The notes: a model not told the origin generated them from the letters alone. Counted from the stretch's first letter, positions 25,001 through 34,297 are shown. The stretch is DNA of 46,394 nt from Patescibacteria group bacterium (GCA_023485925.1 JAMDAJ010000059.1:1-46394), one strand, 5' to 3'. Translations and numbers: made by a program.

Positions 25001-25107
25001 GCGAAATTCCAAATTTTCGAGCGAAAGCGTTGAAGAGGAACGAAGGCGTAATAGCAGCATTACGGCGAGTTCTGATGAAACGCTTGCAGCCGAAAATCTG
25101 GAATTGC
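25001..25107. repeat. long imperfect inverted repeat (about 107 nt hairpin) in an intergenic gap
   Basis: Arms gcgaaattccaaattttcgagcgaaagcgtt and aacgcttgcagccgaaaatctggaattgc pair in three 7-bp blocks. Inner hairpin cgtaat/attacg. Confidence 0.6.
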
Positions 25108-25136
25108 AGCAGAAATGGATCTTTTCAGACAGTTTC

Positions 25137-26078
25137 TTAGAGTCCGGAGCCGGAGAAATCCGCCTCAGTAAAATTCGCGTCCTCTCCGCCGACAATGGAA
25201 ATGATCTTGAGCTGGTGAATTATTTCGCTCCAACCGGAAAGGTCTTCGGAATTTTCCAGCATCGCCAGTTTTTCGTCGGCGATCTTTTTCAAAGCGCCAA
25301 AAAATATCAAAGTATTTTTCTGCGTCTCCACGCTTGATTTCGGCACGCGCAATTCGCGGAGCCGTGCCAAATAACTTGCAAACTTTTCGGAAAGCGCTTT
25401 CGCATCCGACAGAGAATCAGCGCTGAAAGCCTGACCGAACGCGCTATCAATGCCTCCGCTGGAGAATTCGTTGATGATCTTGGAAACAGCCAGCTGGTAT
25501 TCTTGCAAGCTCGCATCGGAATCGGGGACCAGCTTGATATCCGAGTCCGGGATGGTCGGCAGCACCGCCGCCTGGTCGAGTTTCAAAAAGTTGTTCATTT
25601 CCGCCTCGCTGTCCACGCCCTCTGCCGACAATTGATTCTTTACTTCCTCGACAAAATTATCCACCGGCGACGGTTTTGACTGGACGGCGCTTGTTACGGG
25701 ACTGGCGGAATCCGTCGGGTCGGTTCCGGCTGCAACTTCCGCACCGTCGCTTAAGCCGTCGCGGTCGGTATCGGACACCATGGGGTTGGTTCCGAAAAGA
25801 TACTCTTGTTTGTTGGTCAGGCCGTCCTTGTCCGGATCGGCCTCGGCCCCCGCAATGGAAACGCGAGTTATGGTCTCGTCACTGAAATACTGTTGATACC
25901 AGGATATCGGAATAACGGTTCGAGTCAACGCTTGTTTTTTGTCGCTTGCGGGCAGTAAAAAAAACGCCGCGACCAAAATCAAAAGCGCGGCGATGGCCGA
26001 ATAAAAAACGAGCTTCTTTCTGCGTTGCCAAAAATTTTCAGAACTGAAACGACGTTCCAGCACGTCTTGCTTGGACAT
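25137..26078 (-). CDS. membrane-anchored protein with thrombospondin type-3-like calcium-binding repeats
   Basis: N-terminal TM helix. DPDKDGLTNKQEYLFGTNP and DTDRDGLSDGAEVAAGTDP repeats. Confidence 0.7.
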   Translation of the reverse strand: MSKQDVLERRFSSENFWQRRKKLVFYSAIAALLILVAAFFLLPASDKKQALTRTVIPISWYQQYFSDETITRVSIAGAEADPDKDGLTNKQEYLFGTNPMVSDTDRDGLSDGAEVAAGTDPTDSASPVTSAVQSKPSPVDNFVEEVKNQLSAEGVDSEAEMNNFLKLDQAAVLPTIPDSDIKLVPDSDASLQEYQLAVSKIINEFSSGGIDSAFGQAFSADSLSDAKALSEKFASYLARLRELRVPKSSVETQKNTLIFFGALKKIADEKLAMLENSEDLSGWSEIIHQLKIISIVGGEDANFTEADFSGSGL

Positions 26079-26163
26079 TCGGGAGTTTTATTTATTTTTG
26101 GTTTCCCCGAACTGTAGATTATATGCTCAATATTCACGGGCTTTCCCCAACTTTTCTGATTTA

Positions 26164-26192
26164 ATTATAGCACAACCATATTCAAAAGTCAA
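26164..26192 (-). promoter_or_regulatory. sigma-70 promoter for the secreted-protein/VirB6-like operon
   Basis: Minus strand TTGACT, 17-nt spacer, TGcTATAAT. Confidence 0.65.
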
Positions 26193-26281
26193 TAAAAAAC
26201 CTCTGCGCTGGCTCCAGTTTTAAAAGGAATTAGCTTCTCTCTTTTTTTGAATCTCTTTTACCCTGACAAAAAGAACGAAGG

Positions 26282-26310
26282 ATGACAAAAATCCTAAAAA
26301 GTGATATAAT
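26282..26310 (+). promoter_or_regulatory. divergent sigma-70 promoter
   Basis: ATGACA, 17-nt spacer, TGaTATAAT. Confidence 0.55.
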
Positions 26311-26335
26311 TAAGTCAGTAAAAACATCTTGTTCT

Positions 26336-26896
26336 ATGAAACAAAATTTTTTTCTTAAATCCATAAGTTCTCTCCTTGTTCCGGCCGTATTGTTTTTAAC
26401 CGTACCGGCGATTTTCCTCCCGTCGCACGAAGCGAACGCATTTGTTTTTAGCTTACCTAAAGGACAATTCTCGCCTTTTGGCGGGAACATTGTCACCAAA
26501 GAACTGAATGTCTGCCTACGCAGCATTCCGTTCCCTCCCTATGTACTGACAATACCTTTTTACGTATTTTTAGTTTATCAACCCAGTCCAGCCGGATTAT
26601 ACTGGCTCTTTGGCATCTCACAGCTGTACGAAGAATATGAATTCGAGGAAACCGCGAACAGTCTCGGCAACTATCTCATCGGCGCGGACAAGGCGTGGCG
26701 GGCTTTCTGTGATATCAACGGCGCAACACTACCCACAACCGTGAGCGGCACTACCTGGACAGGCGTTTTTTTTGAAATGCCGATAACCGGCGTGGCTTGG
26801 AAAATGGGCACCAGTTGCCGCGTCCCTCCGCAATACGTCACGGACGAGTGCCATCAAAAAGTCGCAAAGCGAACCCTTAAACAAATCGCGCCGTGA
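26336..26896 (+). CDS. secreted hypothetical protein (4 Cys)
   Basis: ATG at 26336 gives signal peptide MKQNFFLKSISSLLVPAVLFLTVPAIFLPSHEANA. The track start at 26282 lies inside the promoter. Confidence 0.6.
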   Translation: MKQNFFLKSISSLLVPAVLFLTVPAIFLPSHEANAFVFSLPKGQFSPFGGNIVTKELNVCLRSIPFPPYVLTIPFYVFLVYQPSPAGLYWLFGISQLYEEYEFEETANSLGNYLIGADKAWRAFCDINGATLPTTVSGTTWTGVFFEMPITGVAWKMGTSCRVPPQYVTDECHQKVAKRTLKQIAP

Positions 26897-26978
26897 TAAG
26901 TTCCCCGACGTCAGTTCTCGCCCTTCGGCGCCAAACGGAATAATCGTTTAGACAAGCCGAGCAAAAAAATTTAACGAA

Positions 26979-27016
26979 CAAAAAAATCCCAAGCTGTCTG
27001 GCCTGGGATTTTAAAA
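26979..27016. terminator. bidirectional terminator
   Basis: A-run, stem aatccca/tgggatt, then T-run. Confidence 0.55.
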
Positions 27017-27044
27017 ATCGCAAAATTTATTGCCTCCCGGCCGA

Positions 27045-27068
27045 ATACCCCGATGCTTGCTTCGGGGA
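27045..27068. repeat. ATACCCCG-type hairpin repeat
   Basis: taccccga-tgcttgct-tcggggat. Confidence 0.5.
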
Positions 27069-27125
27069 TGAAGACCGAACAGGAGGCGGGCCGGCGGAGC
27101 CGACACTTGGGCAACAAAGCCCCCG

Positions 27126-27161
27126 GATACCCCGCGGCTTGCCGCGGGGAGGCTTTATTTT
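27126..27161. repeat. ATACCCCG-type hairpin repeat followed by a T-run
   Basis: gataccccgcggc-tt-gccgcgggg then aggctttattttt. Confidence 0.5.
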
Positions 27162-27956
27162 TCAATCAAAACTCTCCCCTTCAGGATACCCGGCGGTGCT
27201 GCCCGCCATCACCGCTTTCGGGGAATAACCGGCGGCCAAAAATCCCGACCAGGTCTTAAAGCCGAACTTAGCCCCTTCCGAAATAAGATAGATTGTGCCG
27301 TTATCATTGACCAGCGTACCGTCGCGGTATTGCATATCAGGAAGCTTGGGCAAGCTCTCGTCCAAAGTAGTGCTGGGAAAAACCGAATCGAACGTATAGC
27401 CATAAGAGGAAAAAACTTCGGCCGAAGGGAAAGGCTTGCGGCCTTGAGCGGTGATGAGATTTATGGTGCTGGAAACATCCACCAGCGAGCCGGCGGGATG
27501 GTTCACATAAATCAGATCGAGTCCGACGGCGGCGGCTTTGGGGTATGCGTTGAGGGCGGCGGCATAATAAAAACGGCCGTCCGCTTTCAGAAAAGCCATT
27601 TCGGTCAAACTCGGAATGGGGTGAACCCCGTCGTCGAACATCAAATACATCGTCCGACCGTCAGTAGTGTCCAAAACCAAAGTGTTAGGAGCGAACTTTA
27701 AATTCGGCCCCTGCGGCAAACCCATATCAGCTTCGCTAGCCGGCAGGACCATATCAAAAGTGTAGCCGTAAGAGGAAAAAACGTCTGTCGAAGGGAAGCC
27801 TAAGCGCTGCCCGTTTTGAATTAGGTAAACGGTCCCGTCCGCTGCCACCAGCTGGCCGGGTTTATGAGCGACTTGGGCTGCGCCGGCGAACGAAAAGGGC
27901 AGAACTAGCATCAGACCCACAAAACTTATTAGATTCAGGAGTTTTTTATTTCTCAT
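27162..27956 (-). CDS. secreted protein with internal repeats
   Basis: Signal peptide. The motif YLIxxGxxxxFPSxxVFSSYGYTFDxVxP occurs twice, plus a degenerate third copy. Confidence 0.7.
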   Translation of the reverse strand: MRNKKLLNLISFVGLMLVLPFSFAGAAQVAHKPGQLVAADGTVYLIQNGQRLGFPSTDVFSSYGYTFDMVLPASEADMGLPQGPNLKFAPNTLVLDTTDGRTMYLMFDDGVHPIPSLTEMAFLKADGRFYYAAALNAYPKAAAVGLDLIYVNHPAGSLVDVSSTINLITAQGRKPFPSAEVFSSYGYTFDSVFPSTTLDESLPKLPDMQYRDGTLVNDNGTIYLISEGAKFGFKTWSGFLAAGYSPKAVMAGSTAGYPEGESFD

Positions 27957-28009
27957 GATTTTGCCTTAATCGACATCTTCAGTATAAACGAGCGCCCCCG
28001 AAAAAGAAA

Positions 28010-28867
28010 TCATGCCGAGCGCCCCCTCTCCCAGACTCTTAGCAACCGCGCCCAATCCGCCAAAGAGAGCTCTTGCGGCCGAACGGTTGGCGATAGCCCC
28101 GCGGACTTCACCAGCGCGGCCGCGAGGGTTTTTGGCAGGTGCAACCCCGCGGCCAAATTATTTTCCAATGTTTTACGGCGGTGGGAAAAACCGACCTTCA
28201 CCAATCGGAAAAAAGATTTCTCGTCGGCCTCCACGACGAAATTTTGATACGGAACAAGTTTTAAAATTACGGAATCCACCTCCGGCGACGGGAAGAAACT
28301 TTCACGAGTGACCAAGGAAACCATCTCCGGCCGACTGTAGGCCTGCACGGCAACCGCAAGCACGCTCATCTCGCCGGGAGCGGCGCAGACCCGCTCCCCC
28401 ACTTCTTTCTGGACTAAAAGTACGATAAGTTCCGGTTTCTTTTTTAAGACCAGCAAATTTTCTAAAATCCTACCGGTGAGATAATATGGAATGTTTGCCA
28501 CAACCTTGAACGAAGTGAATAGCGGGTAATGGGTAGTGAGCAGGCTCGAAATGTCTAGCTTTAAAAAATCGCCATCGACGATTTCTACATTCTGGAATTT
28601 TTTCAGAACAAAACGCAGGGGCTTGATAAGCCGTCGGTCTTTTTCAATGGCGACCACTTGCCCGGAGCCTTTGCACAGGGCCTCGGTAAGCGTGCCAAAA
28701 CCCGCGCCGATCTCCACGACCAGATTAGAAGGCTCAAGCGCCGCCGCGGCCACAATTTTATCGAGCGCGACCCTATCGACCAAAAAATTCTGCCCGAGTT
28801 TATCTGCTGGACGAACGTGAAGACGGGAGAGCAAAGATTTGAGAGTGTTAAGCTCGGTTAAATCCAT
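28010..28867 (-). CDS. rsmA: 16S rRNA (adenine1518/1519-N6)-dimethyltransferase
   Basis: LGQNFLVD, VVEIGAGFGTLTEAL, NIPYY. Confidence 0.9.
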   Translation of the reverse strand: MDLTELNTLKSLLSRLHVRPADKLGQNFLVDRVALDKIVAAAALEPSNLVVEIGAGFGTLTEALCKGSGQVVAIEKDRRLIKPLRFVLKKFQNVEIVDGDFLKLDISSLLTTHYPLFTSFKVVANIPYYLTGRILENLLVLKKKPELIVLLVQKEVGERVCAAPGEMSVLAVAVQAYSRPEMVSLVTRESFFPSPEVDSVILKLVPYQNFVVEADEKSFFRLVKVGFSHRRKTLENNLAAGLHLPKTLAAALVKSAGLSPTVRPQELSLADWARLLRVWERGRSA

Positions 28868-28884
28868 GAAAGCAAAATTAGAAA

Positions 28885-29847
28885 TTATTCCCCACTTATT
28901 AATTTTTCCACTTTCACCTCGATAGTGCCGGTGCCGAGAGTCGCCAATTGCTTGAAGGCCGCGGCATCAAGATCCAAGATGCGACCGGGATGAACCGCCT
29001 GGTCCGGCCCCCGGTCGTTGACCCGGACAATGATGGACTTGCCGGTCGAAAGGGCGGTCACGCGAAGCCAGCTGCCCTTGGGAAAATATGGATGCGCCGC
29101 GCAAAGACAGCCCTTGTAAACATACCAGCTGGCCCGCCCGCTTTCTTGAGTTTCCACCTCAATCCTGCTCCCCCGCCTAACAATGCGCGAGGTTGGCTCC
29201 TTGGTCACGTTGGAAGCGAGAATCTTCCGACTGACCTCCTGACCGTTACGGTACCGCACGGAATACTTAACCCGCTTTTCACCCGTGCTACCATCCCGCA
29301 CCACCACCTCGCTGCCGTAAAGCGCTCCGGGGTCGTGCTCGTAGACCGTGGTAAAATCCACCGGCTCCGTTCGTTCTTCCTCCGCCACCGCCACTCGGAC
29401 GATTCTCACCCGCATGCCCTGATAGACCGTCGAGGACAGATCCGGCGTAACCTCATCTTTCGGGCCAAGCGTGATTTGGAACTTATTTAAAAACTCCTCA
29501 ACCGTTCCGGCGGTAGTGCTCGCAAAATTCCGCTGTCCCCCGTCATCAACACTGACCGTAACCGGCATCCGGTAATCTATCACCATGCCGGAAACGACCG
29601 GCGTTTCAGCCGGCAGCGAAAGTTCGGTTCCAGTAAGCGGAATAGCCTGCTCGGTCATAACACCGGAAACCGACGGGCTTTCCGTCAAAACTTGAAAAGC
29701 AAATCCCCGGCTTTGCAAAGTCACCACTTTCGCTACAAGAGTTTTGGCCGGCGAATGAAAGTTGAGATAAGAGCCCGCAGCCAAACCTAACAAGAGTATC
29801 GCAAGATACCTGATTTTCAATTTGAAAGATTGGGCATTATCTCTCAT
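28885..29847 (-). CDS. DUF348/G5-domain protein with RlpA-like double-psi beta-barrel (YabE/RpfB-like wall hydrolase architecture)
   Basis: N-terminal TM helix. G5-like segment (DGSTGEKRVKYSVRYRNGQEVSRKIL). C-terminal GRASWY...IVRVNDRGP...LDLDAAAFKQL. Confidence 0.7.
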   Translation of the reverse strand: MRDNAQSFKLKIRYLAILLLGLAAGSYLNFHSPAKTLVAKVVTLQSRGFAFQVLTESPSVSGVMTEQAIPLTGTELSLPAETPVVSGMVIDYRMPVTVSVDDGGQRNFASTTAGTVEEFLNKFQITLGPKDEVTPDLSSTVYQGMRVRIVRVAVAEEERTEPVDFTTVYEHDPGALYGSEVVVRDGSTGEKRVKYSVRYRNGQEVSRKILASNVTKEPTSRIVRRGSRIEVETQESGRASWYVYKGCLCAAHPYFPKGSWLRVTALSTGKSIIVRVNDRGPDQAVHPGRILDLDAAAFKQLATLGTGTIEVKVEKLISGE

Positions 29848-30027
29848 GAGTTACGGGGAAATTCTGGCGCATCTCTATATAACTAAAGTATACCAAATCA
29901 AACGTAAGTGTTATATATTTGTCTAATTTAAGCCAAAAAAATATGTTGTGGAAAAAATCATCCCCGGTTTTCCTCTAACTTAAGCGAAAAAATCATGATA
30001 TTGGCGCCTCACCCAACCCTGAGAACA

Positions 30028-30056
30028 TTGACCGCAAGGGCAATTTTTGGTAAACT
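30028..30056 (+). promoter_or_regulatory. sigma-70 promoter with extended -10, giving an approximately 195-nt leader
   Basis: TTGACC, 17-nt spacer, TGgTAAACT. Confidence 0.6.
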
Positions 30057-30256
30057 GCAAGATGTAAAATATTCATAAAGGATCCTTGAATTTAGGCTGA
30101 ATTATCTAAAAGATTTCGAGAGCCTATTTTTATTCTCAAAGGGCCTTTGACGAAACGCTCCCTCAAAAGAGGGGCCAGAGGGGTTAAACAAACGTCCGGT
30201 TGCCAAGCTAAGTTACCCAACCGACTTTGAATTCTCAACCGATCTCAATCAAAAAA

Positions 30257-31702
30257 ATGAAGCAGCGCGAGCCGAGCTACCGCCCGGAGCGTAAACATTC
30301 GACCGGTCGTTTGCCGGTCATAAACGCTTTTTCGCAGTCGGTTGAAATCGAACCCGCTCCCGATTCACTCTCGCTTTCCAAAAATGATTTCGCGACCGAA
30401 CGCGCTGAAATTGAAAAACATCGTCTCAAAAACCGCCACCACCAGCTCTCGCAGGCCGTCGAGTTACGGCACGCGATTGCGGAGCTGACTTTGATGGTGA
30501 TAGCAGCCATGGTTCGAGCTATTGACTGGCTTTTCTTCCAACATTCTTTTTCCAGAGTGAAAAAGAATGTTTTTAAATACGGTTTAGAGTTAAGCATCCT
30601 CATACTGGTCCTGGCTAGCGTCGCCGTCACTTTTAGCCCGAATCCAAAAAAAGTCCTCTCCGCCGAAAACCTCTTTTTGAACTATCTTGAAAATAATCCA
30701 GGACTTAACCAGGTCGCACAAGAGCTGGCCGGAACCGAAAGTATCAGCGTGATACCGGAAAGCGCGGCCCTTGTCCCCTCGGTCCAAGCCGCCACCCTGG
30801 ATCCGATGACGGCAATCGCCACTTCCCCCCTGGCGACAGTCACGGAAAGCGGAACACAAAATACGCCGGCGTTGATCATCTCCGAAGACAGCACGCTTAT
30901 CAAACCCAACTACGCCACCCGCGACGCCGGTCGTAATCGCGATATCCAACAGTACACCGTTCAAGGCGGCGACACGATCAGCCAAATCGCCGAAACTTTT
31001 GGAATTTCGGTGCAGACGGTAATGTATGAGAACAAGATATCCGATACCGACTATCTCAAACCCGGACAAGTCCTTAAAATTTTACCGACCACCGGCATCA
31101 GCCACAAAGTGGCATCCGGAGAAACTTTGGAATCCATCGCCAAAAAATACCAAGTTGATCTGGAAAGCATTCTGGAATTCAACCAGATCGAGGTGCCCGA
31201 CGATATTGAAGTCGGCGAAGAACTCATTATTCCCAATGGCAAAGCGCAGAGCACGCCCACCCGTCAGACGCAGATCGCTCAATACAACACCCGCAACGTT
31301 AAACAGGTGCAAGTGCCCGACGACTTTGCCGGCGGCTCCGAACTTATTTGGCCGATCGGGATCAGGAGCGTCACTCAATATTACTCCTCCCGACACAAGG
31401 CATTGGACATCTCCAATAGCCAACGGCCACAATTTTGGGCTTCCGCAGACGGCATTGTCGAACTCTCTGGCTGGGACGGCGCGTACGGCAACTCTGTCGT
31501 AATCAACCACGGCAACGGTCTAAAAACCCGCTACGCCCACGCTTCCGAGCTATACGTTACCGCCGGCGACCATGTTGTTGCGGGGCAAGTCATCGGCCGG
31601 GTGGGCAACACGGGCCGGGCTTACGGCGCCACAGGGAATCACCTGCACTTTGAGATCGTGGTTAATGGCACCAAGGTTAACCCCTTGACACATATGAAAT
31701 AA
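30257..31702 (+). CDS. LysM-domain M23 family metallopeptidase
   Basis: Two LysM repeats (YTVQGGDTISQIAETFGISV, HKVASGETLESIAKKYQVDL). M23 motifs HKALDI, NHGNGLKTRYAH, GNHLHFEI. ATG at 30257 preferred; TTG at 30227 possible. Confidence 0.85.
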   Translation: MKQREPSYRPERKHSTGRLPVINAFSQSVEIEPAPDSLSLSKNDFATERAEIEKHRLKNRHHQLSQAVELRHAIAELTLMVIAAMVRAIDWLFFQHSFSRVKKNVFKYGLELSILILVLASVAVTFSPNPKKVLSAENLFLNYLENNPGLNQVAQELAGTESISVIPESAALVPSVQAATLDPMTAIATSPLATVTESGTQNTPALIISEDSTLIKPNYATRDAGRNRDIQQYTVQGGDTISQIAETFGISVQTVMYENKISDTDYLKPGQVLKILPTTGISHKVASGETLESIAKKYQVDLESILEFNQIEVPDDIEVGEELIIPNGKAQSTPTRQTQIAQYNTRNVKQVQVPDDFAGGSELIWPIGIRSVTQYYSSRHKALDISNSQRPQFWASADGIVELSGWDGAYGNSVVINHGNGLKTRYAHASELYVTAGDHVVAGQVIGRVGNTGRAYGATGNHLHFEIVVNGTKVNPLTHMK

Positions 31703-31720
31703 ATTCAGATTTTTTTCTGA

Positions 31721-31751
31721 AAAAAAACCGGCATCCACAGCCGGATTTTTT
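31721..31751. terminator. bidirectional terminator between convergent genes
   Basis: A8 run, stem ccggc/gccgg, then T6 run. Confidence 0.65.
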
Positions 31752-31770
31752 AAACGGAAAATTTTAAGTT

Positions 31771-33483
31771 CTAAAAACTCAAGTACAAATCGCCGGGCGA
31801 AGTGCCACTGATGCTGTCTCCGGTAAACCCGTCGTTGCCAGTAGCCTGCAAGGTTTTAAGCATCAGCATACCGGAAATGCGATCGGCTTCCGATGGCGTA
31901 ACCTTGACCAAAAATTCAACCTGGGAGGCGCCGAACGCGGAAAGTCCGCCGACGTTCCAGCCGATCCGTCCGGAAGCCTGATTAAAATAAAAATTGGCGG
32001 AATCGCCCCAAGAATTTTCTACCACATCCACCTTCGGGATATTCACCACCGCTCCGAAACTCACATCATTGACCTCGTTAACCGTGCTCCCCACATTCAA
32101 TTTCACTCGGAAAACGGTGCTCTGACCTGTCACGGGGGGCAACGGACCGGAAACGTACTCGGAACTAGCGGATAATGTCAGTTTGCTTCTCACCTTGACA
32201 GTGATTTCGTCCCCGTCTACGGGTTCAGGCAACTCATTGGATGAAATCACGACCGTGGAATGGACTTTCGGATTTCTAACGCCTGACCCGGACAAATTCC
32301 GCTTTACAGAAAAATTCAAAGTCAAATTTCCAGCTGCCCCGGGCTGCAGCAGACGAAGACCTGTCACCCCGGCAGGGTTCCAAATGATGTCCTTGCCGAC
32401 CAGCGCGCCGCCGGAAGTGCTTAACGTGGAATAGTCCACCGAATTCTCGTCCAAATGCATCACGATCTTGACATTATTCATTCCCACATCGCCTGTGTTG
32501 CGGTAATTGATAGTATAGTGCAGAAAATCACCTTCATTCACGCTGTCATTGCCGGCAAGCTGTACTGAAACGGTCAAGGGTGAAGCAAGCACCTTGGTAG
32601 AGGCGAAGGTTCGGCTTTGCAGCACGAATACGCCGCTGGCATCCAGATAACCGACATCAGCCTGCAACGTTTTATCCTCGCCGGGCGAACCGGCAAGCGT
32701 CCCGGAAAGATCCAAAGCGGCTTGCGCGCCGATTTTCATGCTGCCCATCTCCCAGGTGGCGGAATCGGCGGAAGGCCGAGAGGCGGTAAGAAACTTAAAA
32801 CCATTAGGATAAGTCAGACGGATCTGCACCCGATCAAGATCGGTATCGGAAATGTTCTGGAAAGTGATGGCGTAATCTATCCGCTGCTGCATCACTACCT
32901 GCGCCGGAGCGTTGATGCGCAGGTTAAAGTCCGGGGCTTCCAGACTTAAGCTGATATCGGCCGATTGGGTGAAAGCGGCAGAACTGTCGGCTTGCTGAAA
33001 AAACATTTTCCCTCGGACCATTTGCACTTCCTGCGGACTGCCGTTAAATATCCCGACGATTTTGATGACCCCGGAATCATTAACTGCAACGTCGGCTAAA
33101 TTGAATTGCCGGCCCGAGCCATCGGCGCTTGCCGGCTCGCTGCTTAAGAAACGGAAGCTGTCAGGGTAAACGATTTCCACACTGGTGTTAGACAGCGCTT
33201 TGGAATCCCGATTTTCATATACCAAAGAGAGCTCCGAGGCGCTGCCGGAAGTGATAGTGCCGGAAGTAGAAAACCATAAGGCCACGTCAGGTTGTGGATT
33301 CGGGCGGCTGCGGAAAAACAGGGTCGAAGCCAAGACCGCCAACAACACAACGATGGCGACCACGATGATGACCAACCAGGACCGGGGAAAATTCAGGCGG
33401 TCCAGGAGGGTTTTGCGGCGCGGCTCTTCCTCAATGTTCTCTGGCGGAATGATAAAAGGATTGCTGTTTTGATTTTCTATCAT
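31771..33483 (-). CDS. membrane-anchored protein with tandem DUF11/CARDB-like beta-sandwich repeats
   Basis: N-terminal TM helix. Repeated units of the form xYxIxxxNxG...V. 570 aa. Confidence 0.6.
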   Translation of the reverse strand: MIENQNSNPFIIPPENIEEEPRRKTLLDRLNFPRSWLVIIVVAIVVLLAVLASTLFFRSRPNPQPDVALWFSTSGTITSGSASELSLVYENRDSKALSNTSVEIVYPDSFRFLSSEPASADGSGRQFNLADVAVNDSGVIKIVGIFNGSPQEVQMVRGKMFFQQADSSAAFTQSADISLSLEAPDFNLRINAPAQVVMQQRIDYAITFQNISDTDLDRVQIRLTYPNGFKFLTASRPSADSATWEMGSMKIGAQAALDLSGTLAGSPGEDKTLQADVGYLDASGVFVLQSRTFASTKVLASPLTVSVQLAGNDSVNEGDFLHYTINYRNTGDVGMNNVKIVMHLDENSVDYSTLSTSGGALVGKDIIWNPAGVTGLRLLQPGAAGNLTLNFSVKRNLSGSGVRNPKVHSTVVISSNELPEPVDGDEITVKVRSKLTLSASSEYVSGPLPPVTGQSTVFRVKLNVGSTVNEVNDVSFGAVVNIPKVDVVENSWGDSANFYFNQASGRIGWNVGGLSAFGASQVEFLVKVTPSEADRISGMLMLKTLQATGNDGFTGDSISGTSPGDLYLSF

Positions 33484-33544
33484 ATTTTTTGCGTATCGAT
33501 GTTAGTTTTTTTGAGGATGGATTTGAAAAAAATTCCTTACCTTA

Positions 33545-34297
33545 TCAAAATTTCACCTGTTCTGCCAAAAATTGGCGGGAATTGATCTTCCGCTCGATAA
33601 CACCGCTAAGCATCTCGGAAAGCATGCGTTCGATCTTAAGCTTGAGATCCAAAGGCACGGCGCTAACCTTGCGGACGGCGGACGCAGGATCGGCTTTAAG
33701 GAAATACTCCACCACTTCCCGTTCCACCCCGGCCGCCGCCGCGTCATACTGGCCGCAGTTGCCGCAGATCAAACCCAAAAAGGTATTACTCCAGCTCGCG
33801 CCGGCGCTGCTGAAAAGACTGCCTCCACAATATCGACAGGCCGCCTGCTGAAAACCGTAACCGAGAGCCGAGAGAAAACGCAGGCGAAAATCGTTCAAAA
33901 AATCGATCCCGACCGAGGATTCCTGTTCAAGTTGCTCCAAACTTTCCCGTAGTAGGATCGAAACTTTATGGTTGGGCTCGCCCTCCATCGTGGCATGCAT
34001 CACGATCTCAAAAAGATTGAACACCACCGCAAGATGCCTTAAATTCTGCAAGATCCTAGGGTAACTTCGGGTAATTCTAACCCCCACCACTACATAACGA
34101 CTCGCATTCGGAACCACTTCCAGCTGTAGCCACGTTACCGGCGCCAAAACCGGCTTAAGTTTACTTGACGATTTACGCGCCGAGCGTGCCATCGCCCGCA
34201 TCTTCCCCTCTTCGAATGACCACAACGTCAAAAATTCGTCTGCTTCCCGCACGGGGAAATGGCGCAACACCAGACCATTGATGATCTTATCGCTCAT
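33545..34297 (-). CDS. recO: DNA repair protein RecO
   Basis: OB-fold N-terminus and C4 zinc motif (CRYCGG...CGNCG). Confidence 0.8.
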   Translation of the reverse strand: MSDKIINGLVLRHFPVREADEFLTLWSFEEGKMRAMARSARKSSSKLKPVLAPVTWLQLEVVPNASRYVVVGVRITRSYPRILQNLRHLAVVFNLFEIVMHATMEGEPNHKVSILLRESLEQLEQESSVGIDFLNDFRLRFLSALGYGFQQAACRYCGGSLFSSAGASWSNTFLGLICGNCGQYDAAAAGVEREVVEYFLKADPASAVRKVSAVPLDLKLKIERMLSEMLSGVIERKINSRQFLAEQVKF

